Positions 27,414 to 36,432 of a stretch of DNA of 64,000 bases are shown one piece after another. The notes beneath the pieces are model-generated. The model was not told the origin of the DNA. It did not search any database and saw only the letters and a list, made by a program, of their open reading frames with translations. This stretch comes from Alphaproteobacteria bacterium (GTDB lineage: Bacteria > Myxococcota_A > UBA796 > GCA-2862545), in the NCBI GenBank assembly GCA_020632925.1, contig JACKER010000007.1, forward strand, positions 52,910 through 116,909, in the 5' to 3' direction. A program made the translations under genes and the position numbers. The first letter of the stretch is position 1, and each line of letters starts with the position of its first letter.

Positions 27414-29159
27414 ATGTTCCGCATCCGTCGGCTGTTCGACGACACGCTGCCGCTGGACGCCCGCGAGATCGCGCAGGTCCAGGACATCCTCCGCGCGCGG
27501 TTCTCGGCCGTCCGGGACGACGAGATCACGAACCTCCCGGCGCGGCTGCGCGACCCGGTGAAGTACGGCTGGCGCTACCTGCTGTTCGTCGCGGACGACC
27601 TGCGCGGCCAGGTGCGCGGGTTCGCGCTGATCGCGCACGATCCGAAGCTCGAGTTCGTCTACCTGGACTGGATCGCCAGCGGCAACGGCGCGGCGGGCGG
27701 CGGCGTCGGCGGTGCCCTGTACGAGCGGGTCCGCGACGAGGCGAAGGCGCTGCGCGCACGGGGCGTGCTGTTCGAGTGCCTGCCGGACACGAAGGGGGAC
27801 GTGAGCGACGCCGAGCTCAAGGAGAACGCCGCGCGGATGCGGTTCTACGAGCGGTACGGCGCGCGTCCGATCGTGAACAACGACTACCGGGAGCCCGTGG
27901 GCGACACGCCCGACCCCGGGTTGCCCTACCTCATGCTCGACCCGCTGGACGGCGAGCCGTTGGGCAGCGCCCGGGCCCAGCGCGTGGTCGCCGCCATCCT
28001 CGAGCGCAAGTACGCGTACCTGTGCCCGCCGGACTACGTCGCGAGGGTGGCGGCGTCGTTCCGTGACGACCCGGTGCAGCTCCGGCCCTTCCGCTACGTG
28101 AAGCCGGGCGCGGCGTCCCCGTCGTCCGAGACCCCCCGCGCCGACATGCTCGTCGATCTCGTGGTCAACGAGCAGCACGACGTCCACCACGTCCGCGACC
28201 GCGGCTACGTGGAGGCGCCCGTCCGCGTCCGCGCCATCCTGCGGGAGCTCGAGCCGAGCGGGCTGTTCCGCCGCGTGGAGGCGCGCAGCTTCCCCGATCG
28301 CCACATCCGGGCGGTCCACGACGGCGCCTTCGTCGACTACCTCAAGCGCGTCTGTGCCGGGATCCCGCCCGAGCGCAGCGTCTACCCCTACGTGTTCCCC
28401 GTCCGGAACGCCGCGCGGCCCCCCAAGGAGCTGTCGGTCCGCGCGGGCTACTACTGCATCGACACGTTCACCCCGCTCAACGCGAACGCGTACCTGGCGG
28501 CGCGTCACGCCGTCGACTGCACGCTGACCGCGGCGGACGCGGTGCTCTCGGGCCGCCGGCTCGCCTACGCCCTCGTCCGGCCGCCGGGTCACCACGCCGA
28601 GCGCGCGACCTTCGGCGGCTTCTGCTACTTCAACAACGGCGCGGTGGCGGCGCACTACCTCTCGCAGCACGGCCGCGTGGCCATGCTCGACGTGGACTAC
28701 CACCACGGCAACGGGCAGCAGGACATCTTCTACGAGCGCGCGGACGTGCTGACCGTCTCCCTGCACGGCCACCCCTCGTTCGCCTACCCGTACTTCAGCG
28801 GCTTCGCCGACGAGAAGGGGAGGGGTGCGGGCGAGGGGATGAACGTCAACTTCCCACTGCCCGAGACGCTGGACGGCGCGGGGTACCGGACGGCGCTGCG
28901 GAAGGCGGTCGGCGAGGTGCGTCGCTTCTCCCCGAACTTCCTGGTGGTCGCGCTGGGGCTCGACCCCGCGAAGGGCGACCCCACGGGGACCTGGACGCTG
29001 GCCCCGGTGGACTTCCGGCGGAACGGCGAGATCATCGGCGCGCTGCGCCTACCGACGCTGGTGGTCCAGGAGGGCGGCTACCGGACGCGCTCGCTCGGGA
29101 ACAACGCGCGGAGCTTCTTCGAGGGGCTGGTGGCCGGGATGTACGGGAGCGATCGATGA
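27414..29159 (+). CDS. Fusion protein: N-terminal GNAT-like acetyltransferase fold plus C-terminal HDAC/acetylpolyamine amidohydrolase (AcuC/AphA-type) deacetylase.
   Basis: N-terminal block LDWIASGNGAAGGGVGGALYERV resembles GNAT motif A. The C-terminal half has PPGHHAERATFGGFCYFNNGAVAA, DVDYHHGNGQQDIF and LVVQEGGY, which are HDAC zinc- and substrate-binding motifs. Confidence 0.8.
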   Translation: MFRIRRLFDDTLPLDAREIAQVQDILRARFSAVRDDEITNLPARLRDPVKYGWRYLLFVADDLRGQVRGFALIAHDPKLEFVYLDWIASGNGAAGGGVGGALYERVRDEAKALRARGVLFECLPDTKGDVSDAELKENAARMRFYERYGARPIVNNDYREPVGDTPDPGLPYLMLDPLDGEPLGSARAQRVVAAILERKYAYLCPPDYVARVAASFRDDPVQLRPFRYVKPGAASPSSETPRADMLVDLVVNEQHDVHHVRDRGYVEAPVRVRAILRELEPSGLFRRVEARSFPDRHIRAVHDGAFVDYLKRVCAGIPPERSVYPYVFPVRNAARPPKELSVRAGYYCIDTFTPLNANAYLAARHAVDCTLTAADAVLSGRRLAYALVRPPGHHAERATFGGFCYFNNGAVAAHYLSQHGRVAMLDVDYHHGNGQQDIFYERADVLTVSLHGHPSFAYPYFSGFADEKGRGAGEGMNVNFPLPETLDGAGYRTALRKAVGEVRRFSPNFLVVALGLDPAKGDPTGTWTLAPVDFRRNGEIIGALRLPTLVVQEGGYRTRSLGNNARSFFEGLVAGMYGSDR

Positions 29160-29632
29160 AGATGCGGGACGAGGTGGTGGCGGCGGACGAGGCGGCCGTG
29201 CGCGCGCTGGTGGCGGCGACGCGGATGTTCCACGACGACGAGGTCGATGTCGCGGCGGAGCTGGTCCGCGAGCGGCTGACCAAGGGGGACGAGAGCGGGT
29301 ACCACTTCCTGATGGCGGACGCCGAGGACGGCTCGCTCTCCGGGTACGCCTGCTTCGGGCCCATCCCGTGCACGCGGTCGAGCTGGGACCTGTACTGGAT
29401 CGCGGTGGACCCGGGGCTGCAGGGGCAGGGGCTCGGGCGCGCGCTGCTCGAGGCCTCCGAGGGGCGGGTGGCGGCCCTCGGGGGAACGCGCGTCTACGTC
29501 GACACGTCCGGGCGCCCCGACTACGAGCCCACCCGAGCGTTCTACGAGCGCTGCGGTTACGCCGTCGGCGCCCACCTCCGCGACTTCTACGACGTGGGCG
29601 ACGGCAAGGTGATCTTCGAGAAGGTCCTCTGA
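29156..29632 (+). CDS. GNAT-family N-acetyltransferase.
   Basis: 158 aa; GNAT motif A QGQGLGRALLEASE. ATGA overlap with the upstream gene. Confidence 0.8.
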   Translation: MKMRDEVVAADEAAVRALVAATRMFHDDEVDVAAELVRERLTKGDESGYHFLMADAEDGSLSGYACFGPIPCTRSSWDLYWIAVDPGLQGQGLGRALLEASEGRVAALGGTRVYVDTSGRPDYEPTRAFYERCGYAVGAHLRDFYDVGDGKVIFEKVL

Positions 29633-29740
29633 TCGGCGGCCGCCGAGGGGTGGCGCGAGGTGTCCCTCCATCTGGCGCGCGCGGTCGGTCGGCCGGGTGG
29701 GGTCGCCGGGTACGACACGAGCGTCCCCCTGGAGGTCTCC

Positions 29741-32059
29741 ATGCGCTCGGTCGTCCTCGTCGCTCTCGCCACCCCCCTGACCGCGTGGGCGGTCCCCTCC
29801 TACAGCGGAGACGCGCCAGGGACGCGCATCACCACCTCGGACCCGAACTACGACATCGCCACCGAGAGCCTGGTGGTCGGTGGCACCGTGCACGGGGTGT
29901 CGGCCGGTGCCCTGAGCACGAACTTCCGCGTGTTCTTCAACGGGATCGACGGCAGCATCTCCGGAACCCCGACCCAGGCGGTCGTGTCGGCCACCATCCC
30001 GATCGGCCCGGAGTTCGGCGGCAACCCCGGCCCGTGGCCGTCCTGGCTGCCGTTCGGGGACATGATGACCGAAGAGACCCTGGTGCCCAAGCCGCTGTTC
30101 TTCGAGGTCATGTCCAAGGCGACCAGGCAGGTGGTGTTCCGCGACCGGACCACCCTGTACGACCTGCGCCAGGACGGGCTGGTGCAGAACGCGTTCGCGG
30201 TCGTCGACGTGGAGGACGGGATGGTCGCGCAGCTCACCCCGATGGGCCTGGACGCGCTGATTCCGGTCCACGAGGCCGATCTCCCGTTCCCGGACGCGGC
30301 AGCGCTCGACACCGAGCTCCACGCGCGGCTGACCACCCTACCGGTCCTGGTCAGCGTCCCGACCGACGTGTGCCGCAACCTGGAGACGCTGGCCGCGAGC
30401 GAGCCCGGCTGGCTGCTCCTGCCCGAGTACGTGGAGGCCCAGGCCTCGGCCGCAGCGGCCTACCTGCTGTTCGCCGACGGCACGGTCACCTCCTGCGTCC
30501 AGACCCCGCCGCTGCCGTTCGACTTCGAGGTGTGCGTGAACCTCATCGAGGCCGAGGCCCTCGACCTGAACGTCGCCGGACAGAGCGTGGCCGCGCTCGA
30601 GTTCGGGGTCCCCACGCGCACGCTACAGTCCACGGTGGACCTCGACGGGCCGTCGGCCGTCTTCGAGCTCCGCTTGCGCGACCTCGAGGTCCGCTACCGG
30701 CACGGAGCGCCGGGGTGCCTCCCCACCATCGACCCGGTCCACCTGGACAACGGCATCGACGTCGGCCAGAACACCATCGACTCGACCGCATGGCTGGACG
30801 ACTGGGCGCGCTGCCCCGGCTCGATGGCCGACGCCGTCGCCGTGGCCTCGGGACCCCTCCTCCACGATCTGTCGGTGGGCCTCGACCCGGAGACGATCGA
30901 CGTGAGCGCCGGCGACCACGCGGCGTTCGATCTGCCGTCGCCGAGCTGGACCGCGTCCGGCACCTGCGTGGAGTCCTGGCTCAACCCGTCCGCGGCGGCC
31001 CTCCTCCCCGGGTTCGAGGTCCCGCTCGAAGCCGCGCTGGGGAGCGCGGTCGACGACGCCTGGCCCCGCACCGCCGAGGCCAGCGCCCTCGACGCGCTGC
31101 TGCAGCCCTGGGAGATCGGCACGCGCCCCCTCCCCGGCGCGGTGCTGACCGCCGACCTGACCGAGCTCGCCACCGACCCGCTGCCGGGGATGGTGACGCG
31201 CTGGCGTACCTCGTCCGAGCCCACGGACCCGCTCAGAGCCAGCCGCATGCTGGCGCCCTGGCTGTTCAAGGCTCCGCGGGCCTACGGGTTCGACGTCTCC
31301 GACGACGCGCTCGATCCCGACGGTCACCCGTTCGACAGCTCGTTCTCGGTCTCCACCACCCACCTCAACGCCCAGCTGCGCACCCGCAACGCGACGCATG
31401 GCGCGTGGCTCGATCTGCGTCCGAGCTACGCCGACCTGGGCCTTCCCTCCTCCGGCGGGAACCCCTCGAACGCCCCCGCGCCGCTCACGGGCGCCAACCT
31501 CGGCCAGTGGTTCTCCCCGTTCTCCAGCTACGGCGCGACGACCTTCACGATCACCGTGACCCCGACCCTCCCGCCGCAGGTGTTCATGGACCCGGACACG
31601 AGCTTCCCCGCCGGCGAGACCCCGCTCGCCTTCGCCTACCCGGCGCTGCGCGTGGACTTCGCCACGGTGGGGATCCCGTCGAGCGTGGTGGCGACGGTGT
31701 GGATCGACCTGTGGGACACCGACCTGGTGCTCGACCTGGACGGCTCCGGGGTCGTCCGCGCCGCGGTGGACACCCCGAGCTGGAGCTCGGTGGCGACGAT
31801 GACGCCCCAGGGGTGCCCGATGGCGCCGCTGCTGGACGTGCCGGCCTTCCAGAACTCGTGCGACGACGACTTCGCGGCCCACGTGCTGGCGCTCGTGCAG
31901 CCCTCCATCCTGGCCTCGACCGCGGCGGTGCTCGACGAGATCGCCGCGCTGGACGGCGTGGACACCCCGACCGGGGGCACCACCAGCCGGCGGCTCGACC
32001 CCATGCTGCAGTACCAGCACGGGATGTACGTCCGCTGGTTCGGGCAGCTGGTCCCCTGA
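29741..32059 (+). CDS. Large secreted hypothetical protein.
   Basis: Signal peptide MRSVVLVALATPLTAWAVPS. RBS GGAGG lies upstream. GC3 is strong over 2.3 kb. No known domain. Confidence 0.6.
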   Translation: MRSVVLVALATPLTAWAVPSYSGDAPGTRITTSDPNYDIATESLVVGGTVHGVSAGALSTNFRVFFNGIDGSISGTPTQAVVSATIPIGPEFGGNPGPWPSWLPFGDMMTEETLVPKPLFFEVMSKATRQVVFRDRTTLYDLRQDGLVQNAFAVVDVEDGMVAQLTPMGLDALIPVHEADLPFPDAAALDTELHARLTTLPVLVSVPTDVCRNLETLAASEPGWLLLPEYVEAQASAAAAYLLFADGTVTSCVQTPPLPFDFEVCVNLIEAEALDLNVAGQSVAALEFGVPTRTLQSTVDLDGPSAVFELRLRDLEVRYRHGAPGCLPTIDPVHLDNGIDVGQNTIDSTAWLDDWARCPGSMADAVAVASGPLLHDLSVGLDPETIDVSAGDHAAFDLPSPSWTASGTCVESWLNPSAAALLPGFEVPLEAALGSAVDDAWPRTAEASALDALLQPWEIGTRPLPGAVLTADLTELATDPLPGMVTRWRTSSEPTDPLRASRMLAPWLFKAPRAYGFDVSDDALDPDGHPFDSSFSVSTTHLNAQLRTRNATHGAWLDLRPSYADLGLPSSGGNPSNAPAPLTGANLGQWFSPFSSYGATTFTITVTPTLPPQVFMDPDTSFPAGETPLAFAYPALRVDFATVGIPSSVVATVWIDLWDTDLVLDLDGSGVVRAAVDTPSWSSVATMTPQGCPMAPLLDVPAFQNSCDDDFAAHVLALVQPSILASTAAVLDEIAALDGVDTPTGGTTSRRLDPMLQYQHGMYVRWFGQLVP

Positions 32060-32076
32060 GCGAGAGTCCCGCAGGA

Positions 32077-33102
32077 TCAGCCGCTGGGCTTTCTCGGGGG
32101 CTGGGCACGCCAGGCGTCGGGCGTCGTCCCGGTCCAGCGCTTGAACGCCCGGTGCAGCACCGAGGGCTCGGCATATCCGAGGCGCCAGGAGATCTCGGCG
32201 ATGTCGGCGCCCGCCGTCAGCAGCTGCTCGGCGGCGACCCGGCGCACGGTGTCCAGCTCGTCGGCGAAGCTCGTGCCCTCGGCCTTCAGGCCGCGCTGCA
32301 GCGTGCGTGGGCTGGTTCGCAGCGTGCTGGCGACGGTGACCAGGCTGGCCCCGCCGAGGAGGTGGTCGGCGAGCGCCTCCTCCAGCACCCCGCGGACCCG
32401 CTGGCCGACGCCGTCGCCCTCGCGCAGCGCCTCCAGGTCCCGGGTGGCCTGGGCCTCGAAGTGCTCGGCGAACATCGGGTTGCCCGTGACCACCGGGCTC
32501 GCCATCGTCTCGCGGCTCATGGCCAGGTACGTCTGCCCGGCGCCGAAGCGGACCGGGCAGTCGAACCACGCCTCGTACTCGGACAGATCTCCCTCGCGGG
32601 GATGCTCGAACACCGCCTCCACCAGCGGCACGCGGCGGCCCAGGGCCCGGTTCGCCGCCAGCAGACCCGACGCCAGGTTCTCCTCGCGCAGGTGCACCGA
32701 GGCGCGGCGCTCGGGCCGGCGGAGCTCGTAGCGGTACCGCGGGGGTTCGGCGGCGCGGTCGAGCGCGCAGCGGTAGGCGCTGGTCCACAGCCGCGAGAAC
32801 CGGGCGAGCCGGTCGATGGCCTGCCCGAAGTCGCGGCTGGCGAAGAACAGCAGGCCCGGCAGGGCGATGGTCTCGAGATCGTGGAGGCGGGCGACGTACA
32901 GGCCCAGGCGGTCGTCCCCCAGCAGATCCTCCGCGGCCTCGAGCAGGGCCTCGACGTGTGCCCACGGCTGGCGCACGCGCAGCAGTGACGTGGACGCGGG
33001 GACGCCCGCCAGCTCGAGCAGCTGGGCGCGGGGGGCTCCGAGCTCGACCAGGTTGTCGATCAGCCCGCGCACCAGGACGGAGGCGACCATCGGTTCGGAC
33101 AT
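32077..33102 (-). CDS. AraC-family transcriptional regulator.
   Basis: C-terminal AraC helix-turn-helix: ADIAEISWRLGYAEPSVLHRAFKRWTGTTP. Confidence 0.85.
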   Translation of the reverse strand: MSEPMVASVLVRGLIDNLVELGAPRAQLLELAGVPASTSLLRVRQPWAHVEALLEAAEDLLGDDRLGLYVARLHDLETIALPGLLFFASRDFGQAIDRLARFSRLWTSAYRCALDRAAEPPRYRYELRRPERRASVHLREENLASGLLAANRALGRRVPLVEAVFEHPREGDLSEYEAWFDCPVRFGAGQTYLAMSRETMASPVVTGNPMFAEHFEAQATRDLEALREGDGVGQRVRGVLEEALADHLLGGASLVTVASTLRTSPRTLQRGLKAEGTSFADELDTVRRVAAEQLLTAGADIAEISWRLGYAEPSVLHRAFKRWTGTTPDAWRAQPPRKPSG

Positions 33103-33164
33103 CGCGGGAGCCTACACCGACTCTCCGTCGGCGCGACACGCAGGGCCGCGCCACCTTCCATCGA

Positions 33165-33458
33165 CTACCGGGAGCAGCCTGCCCAGACGCAAGTGGGTGG
33201 GCTCGTCCGTCCGACGCACGAGTAGCACCCGAAGCCACAGAAACCGGTTGTGTCGCAGGGAATCAGGCACGTGCCCGAGGTGGTCGTCGCCACCCCGGAG
33301 TCGTCGAGCTCGTGGGCGCAGACCAGGCCCTCTCTGCAATTGTGGTCGAACAAGCACGGTTGGCCAGCCCCTTCCACGGTCTTCGTCCCTGGATGGTCGG
33401 CGCAGCCGAGCGCCGCGAGCGTCCAGAACGTTGGCGAGGGGAGCCGGAGCCGGTCCAT
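33165..33458 (-). CDS. Small Cys-rich lipoprotein, paralog 1.
   Basis: MDRLRL...TLAALGC lipobox, followed by GxGQPC and about 10 Cys. ATG overlaps the upstream stop (TGATG). Confidence 0.55.
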   Translation of the reverse strand: MDRLRLPSPTFWTLAALGCADHPGTKTVEGAGQPCLFDHNCREGLVCAHELDDSGVATTTSGTCLIPCDTTGFCGFGCYSCVGRTSPPTCVWAGCSR

Positions 33459-33745
33459 CACCTGGAACAGCCAGCGGGGACGCACACAGGTGTAATCGTG
33501 GTCGTCCGGCAAAACGCGCACCCTCTGCACTGGTCCGCTTCGTTGCAGGGGATCTGGCAGGTGTTCGAAAGGATGGACTCATACTCGGGAGCTTCGTCCA
33601 GGGCACAGACCGTCCCCTCTGCACACTCATCGTTGGACGCACAGGGCTGGCCGACGCCAGGCACGGTCGGGGTCGCTGGATCGTCGCTGCAGCCGGATGC
33701 CAACGCCAGGCACATCGACAGCAGCCGCTCTGGTCTCACTGCCAT
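33458..33745 (-). CDS. Small Cys-rich lipoprotein, paralog 2.
   Basis: MAVRPERLLSMCLALASGC lipobox, VPGVGQPC and about 10 Cys. Cys spacing matches the downstream paralog (C..IPC....C.GC..C......P.CV.AGCSR). Confidence 0.55.
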   Translation of the reverse strand: MAVRPERLLSMCLALASGCSDDPATPTVPGVGQPCASNDECAEGTVCALDEAPEYESILSNTCQIPCNEADQCRGCAFCRTTTITPVCVPAGCSR

Positions 33746-33757
33746 GAGGTGCTCCAG

Positions 33758-34444
33758 TCAGACGACCTGCGCCGATCCCAGCCAGTCCGCGTAGTTCGTG
33801 CGCGCCGCCGCGTTCGCCGCCACCGCCGTCAGTGCGGGGTTGCGGAGCACGGCGACCGGCTCGAGCACCTGCTGATCGAGGAGCAGCGGGACCCGGTGGT
33901 GGGTGGCCTCGAGGCGGGGGGCGGCGTCCCCGAGGGCCGCGCGGAGGAACTCGTCCACCAGCTCGGTGCAGTACAGCTCGTCGTTGTCCGGCTGGAAGCC
34001 GTAGTCGTAGGGCCGGCCGATGAGCGAGATCACGCGCTCGAGGCCGACGGAGAGCCGGTCGTCGGGCAGGTCGGGGTGCCGCACGACCACCCAGGTGTCC
34101 CGCTCGTAGCGGTCGAGGAAGCGGGCGAGGGGCTCGCGGATCACGCCGACGTCGCGGTCCAGGGCGCCGAACGTCCGCTTGACCGCGTCCCACATGGCGC
34201 CGAACCAGCCGCGCATGGTCTTCTCGGTGGCCATCGCGTGCACCAGCGCGCCCTCGCCCACGTGGACGCCGACGTGCGTGAGCCGGCCGTTGTTCCCGAG
34301 GAGCACGAAGTCGCCGGCCCGCAGCACGCGGAGCATGTCGTCGGTCGACGCCGCCGTGAGGCGCGGCAGCCCGTCGACGTCGTCCTTGTGGCCGCCCACC
34401 GTCCACGCGATCTTGAGCAGCACGCGCAGCAGCCAGGTCCTCAC
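33758..34444 (-). CDS. YiiX/YaeF-like permuted papain-fold (NlpC/P60 superfamily) protein.
   Basis: GDFVLLGNNGRLTHVGVHVGEGALVHA...ELYCTELVDEF. ATGA overlap with the patatin gene stop. Confidence 0.55.
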   Translation of the reverse strand: MRTWLLRVLLKIAWTVGGHKDDVDGLPRLTAASTDDMLRVLRAGDFVLLGNNGRLTHVGVHVGEGALVHAMATEKTMRGWFGAMWDAVKRTFGALDRDVGVIREPLARFLDRYERDTWVVVRHPDLPDDRLSVGLERVISLIGRPYDYGFQPDNDELYCTELVDEFLRAALGDAAPRLEATHHRVPLLLDQQVLEPVAVLRNPALTAVAANAAARTNYADWLGSAQVV

Positions 34445-35946
34445 GTCTCCTCCCGTCGGCCGGCGAAGAAGGCCCGCGTCGAGCGACGGCCGGTCTCCAG
34501 CAGGAACTCCCGGTCCCGCGCGTCGAGCTCGAAGTCGGTGGTGCTCACGTAGTCGGTGTCGATGGGCACGGTCCGCGTCCGGTCGTCCGGGACCAGCGAG
34601 ACCCGCCGCAGGTGCATGAGCAGCGTGTTGAACACGGTCGACACGAACGTCGACATCGAGCGCGGCTCGCTCCGCGCCAGCCCGAGGTGGGCGGTCAGGT
34701 CCACGTGGCGGCTGTCGATCGTGCGCACGATCTCGTCGTAGCTCACCTTTCCGTCGCCGTTGTGATCCATCGCCGAGAAGATCGCGTCGATGTCCTGGGT
34801 CTCGAAGAGGAGCTGAGCGTCCTGGTACGTGAGCCGCCCACCCGCGAACAGCCCCTGGACCTCCTTCCGATCGACGCGACCGTCCCCGTCCTCCTCGAGC
34901 TCGGCGAGCGCGTCGACCAGCCGCTGGGCCGCGCCGTCCAGCGCCTCGCGGAGGCGGGTGTGGGCCTCGAGGCGCTTCTCGGACTGCGCCCGGCTGCGCG
35001 AGAGCTCGGTGTCAGGTCGCTCGGGGGGCCGCATGTCGGCCGTCATCCACCACTCGCTCGCGTCGCCCAGCTCGGCCTTGTCGAACACGGTGAACCCGAG
35101 GGTGGCCGGGTTCCGGGGGCTGAAGCGCACGGCGTCGTGCGTGAGCTCCGTCACGCGGTCCAGCGGCCGCAGCTTGCGCAGGAACGTGTCCTGCCGGTCC
35201 ATGGACAGCCACCAGCCGTCGAAGGCGTGGACCGGGAAGTTGCAGAGCAGCCCGCCGTCCGTGTACAGGTCGGCCTGCCCGCCGGTCTGCTCCCCGCCGC
35301 GGACCACGCGGTAGGGCACCATCAGCACGGGCAGCGACATGGACATGCCGACCGCCAGCCGCACGGGCATGTCGGGCGTGGTCTTGGGGTGGCAGTACTC
35401 GGTGCACATGCGCGTGAGGTTGGTCACGGGCACGCACAGCTCGCGGCCGCACCGCTCGAGCACCTGGGCGAAGGTCACGTCCTCGCTGCCCGTCCGCTCC
35501 TTCAGCCGCTCCCCGAGGAACTCCAGCAGCCGCGAGCCGGGGTTCAGGCCGTAGATGGTGACCATGTTCCACAGACCGCTCACCATGCCGAAGCGGGCGT
35601 CGCGCATGACGGCCTCGAGGTCCGTCTCGGCGAGCATCTGCGTGAGCTCCTGCGAGGACATGCCGATGGCGAGCATGGCGGCGAGGAAGGAGCCCGAGGA
35701 GGCGCCCGCGACCCGCAGGACGTGCTTCGGGTAGATGCCCTCCTGCTCGAGGACCTCGATGGCGCCCATGTAGGCGATGCCCTTCGCCCCTCCGCCCTCG
35801 AACACGATGTTGGTGTACGGCCAGCGGGGGTGCGGCTCGCGCGTGGGCTTGACCGGCGGGCGCTGCAGCGCGCTCAGCGGCGGGAGCGTGGGCGGCCCGA
35901 TGCGCGACAGGTCGATGTTCCAGGGCTGCAGGACGACGCCGGCCAC
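34441..35946 (-). CDS. Patatin-like phospholipase with two C-terminal EF-hand calcium-binding loops.
   Basis: FEGGGAKGIAYMG (oxyanion loop), GASSGS (GxSxG) and DGG. EF-hand loops: DEDGDGRVDRKE and DHNGDGKVSYDE. GTG start at 35946 overlaps the upstream TAG (TAGTG). Confidence 0.8.
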   Translation of the reverse strand: MAGVVLQPWNIDLSRIGPPTLPPLSALQRPPVKPTREPHPRWPYTNIVFEGGGAKGIAYMGAIEVLEQEGIYPKHVLRVAGASSGSFLAAMLAIGMSSQELTQMLAETDLEAVMRDARFGMVSGLWNMVTIYGLNPGSRLLEFLGERLKERTGSEDVTFAQVLERCGRELCVPVTNLTRMCTEYCHPKTTPDMPVRLAVGMSMSLPVLMVPYRVVRGGEQTGGQADLYTDGGLLCNFPVHAFDGWWLSMDRQDTFLRKLRPLDRVTELTHDAVRFSPRNPATLGFTVFDKAELGDASEWWMTADMRPPERPDTELSRSRAQSEKRLEAHTRLREALDGAAQRLVDALAELEEDGDGRVDRKEVQGLFAGGRLTYQDAQLLFETQDIDAIFSAMDHNGDGKVSYDEIVRTIDSRHVDLTAHLGLARSEPRSMSTFVSTVFNTLLMHLRRVSLVPDDRTRTVPIDTDYVSTTDFELDARDREFLLETGRRSTRAFFAGRREET

Positions 35947-36425
35947 TACTCCTCCAGGCGGAGCTCGTACGTGATCACGGTACCCCCGAGCGGACGGGGC
36001 TCGACCGCGACGACGCCAGCGACCGGCCGGTCGGGCCCGGAGAGGGCGCGGATCGCGGCGCGCACGTCGTCCTCGGTGAAGGTCCCGCGCAGCGGCGCGC
36101 GGTGCAGGCAGCGTCGCCCGCCGTCGGCGCACATCGTCGCCACCAGCTCCGGGTCGGCGTCGTCCTCGAGTGCCAGCGCCACGCGCACGGCGGCGTCGAA
36201 CTGCCGGCGTTGGAGCTCCGGGTCCACCGGTTCTTCCGCGGGCTCGGGCTCGGGTGCCGGAGCGGGCGAGGGGAGCGCGGGCGGCGGGAGCGCACGCACC
36301 GCGGGTGGCGCTGGCACCGAGCGCTCGGGTGCTCGGGGCTGCCGCGTCCCCCACAGGAGCGCCAGCGCGCCGAGGAGCACCCCGACCAGCAGGGCCAGGG
36401 GCCACCAGCGGCGCGCTGGAGACAT
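35946..36425 (-). CDS. Membrane-anchored hypothetical protein with a Pro-rich linker.
   Basis: N-terminal TM helix WWPLALLVGVLLGALALLW and a PAPAPEPEP linker. GC3 is high. Confidence 0.5.
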   Translation of the reverse strand: MSPARRWWPLALLVGVLLGALALLWGTRQPRAPERSVPAPPAVRALPPPALPSPAPAPEPEPAEEPVDPELQRRQFDAAVRVALALEDDADPELVATMCADGGRRCLHRAPLRGTFTEDDVRAAIRALSGPDRPVAGVVAVEPRPLGGTVITYELRLEE

Positions 36426-36432
36426 CGCGACC

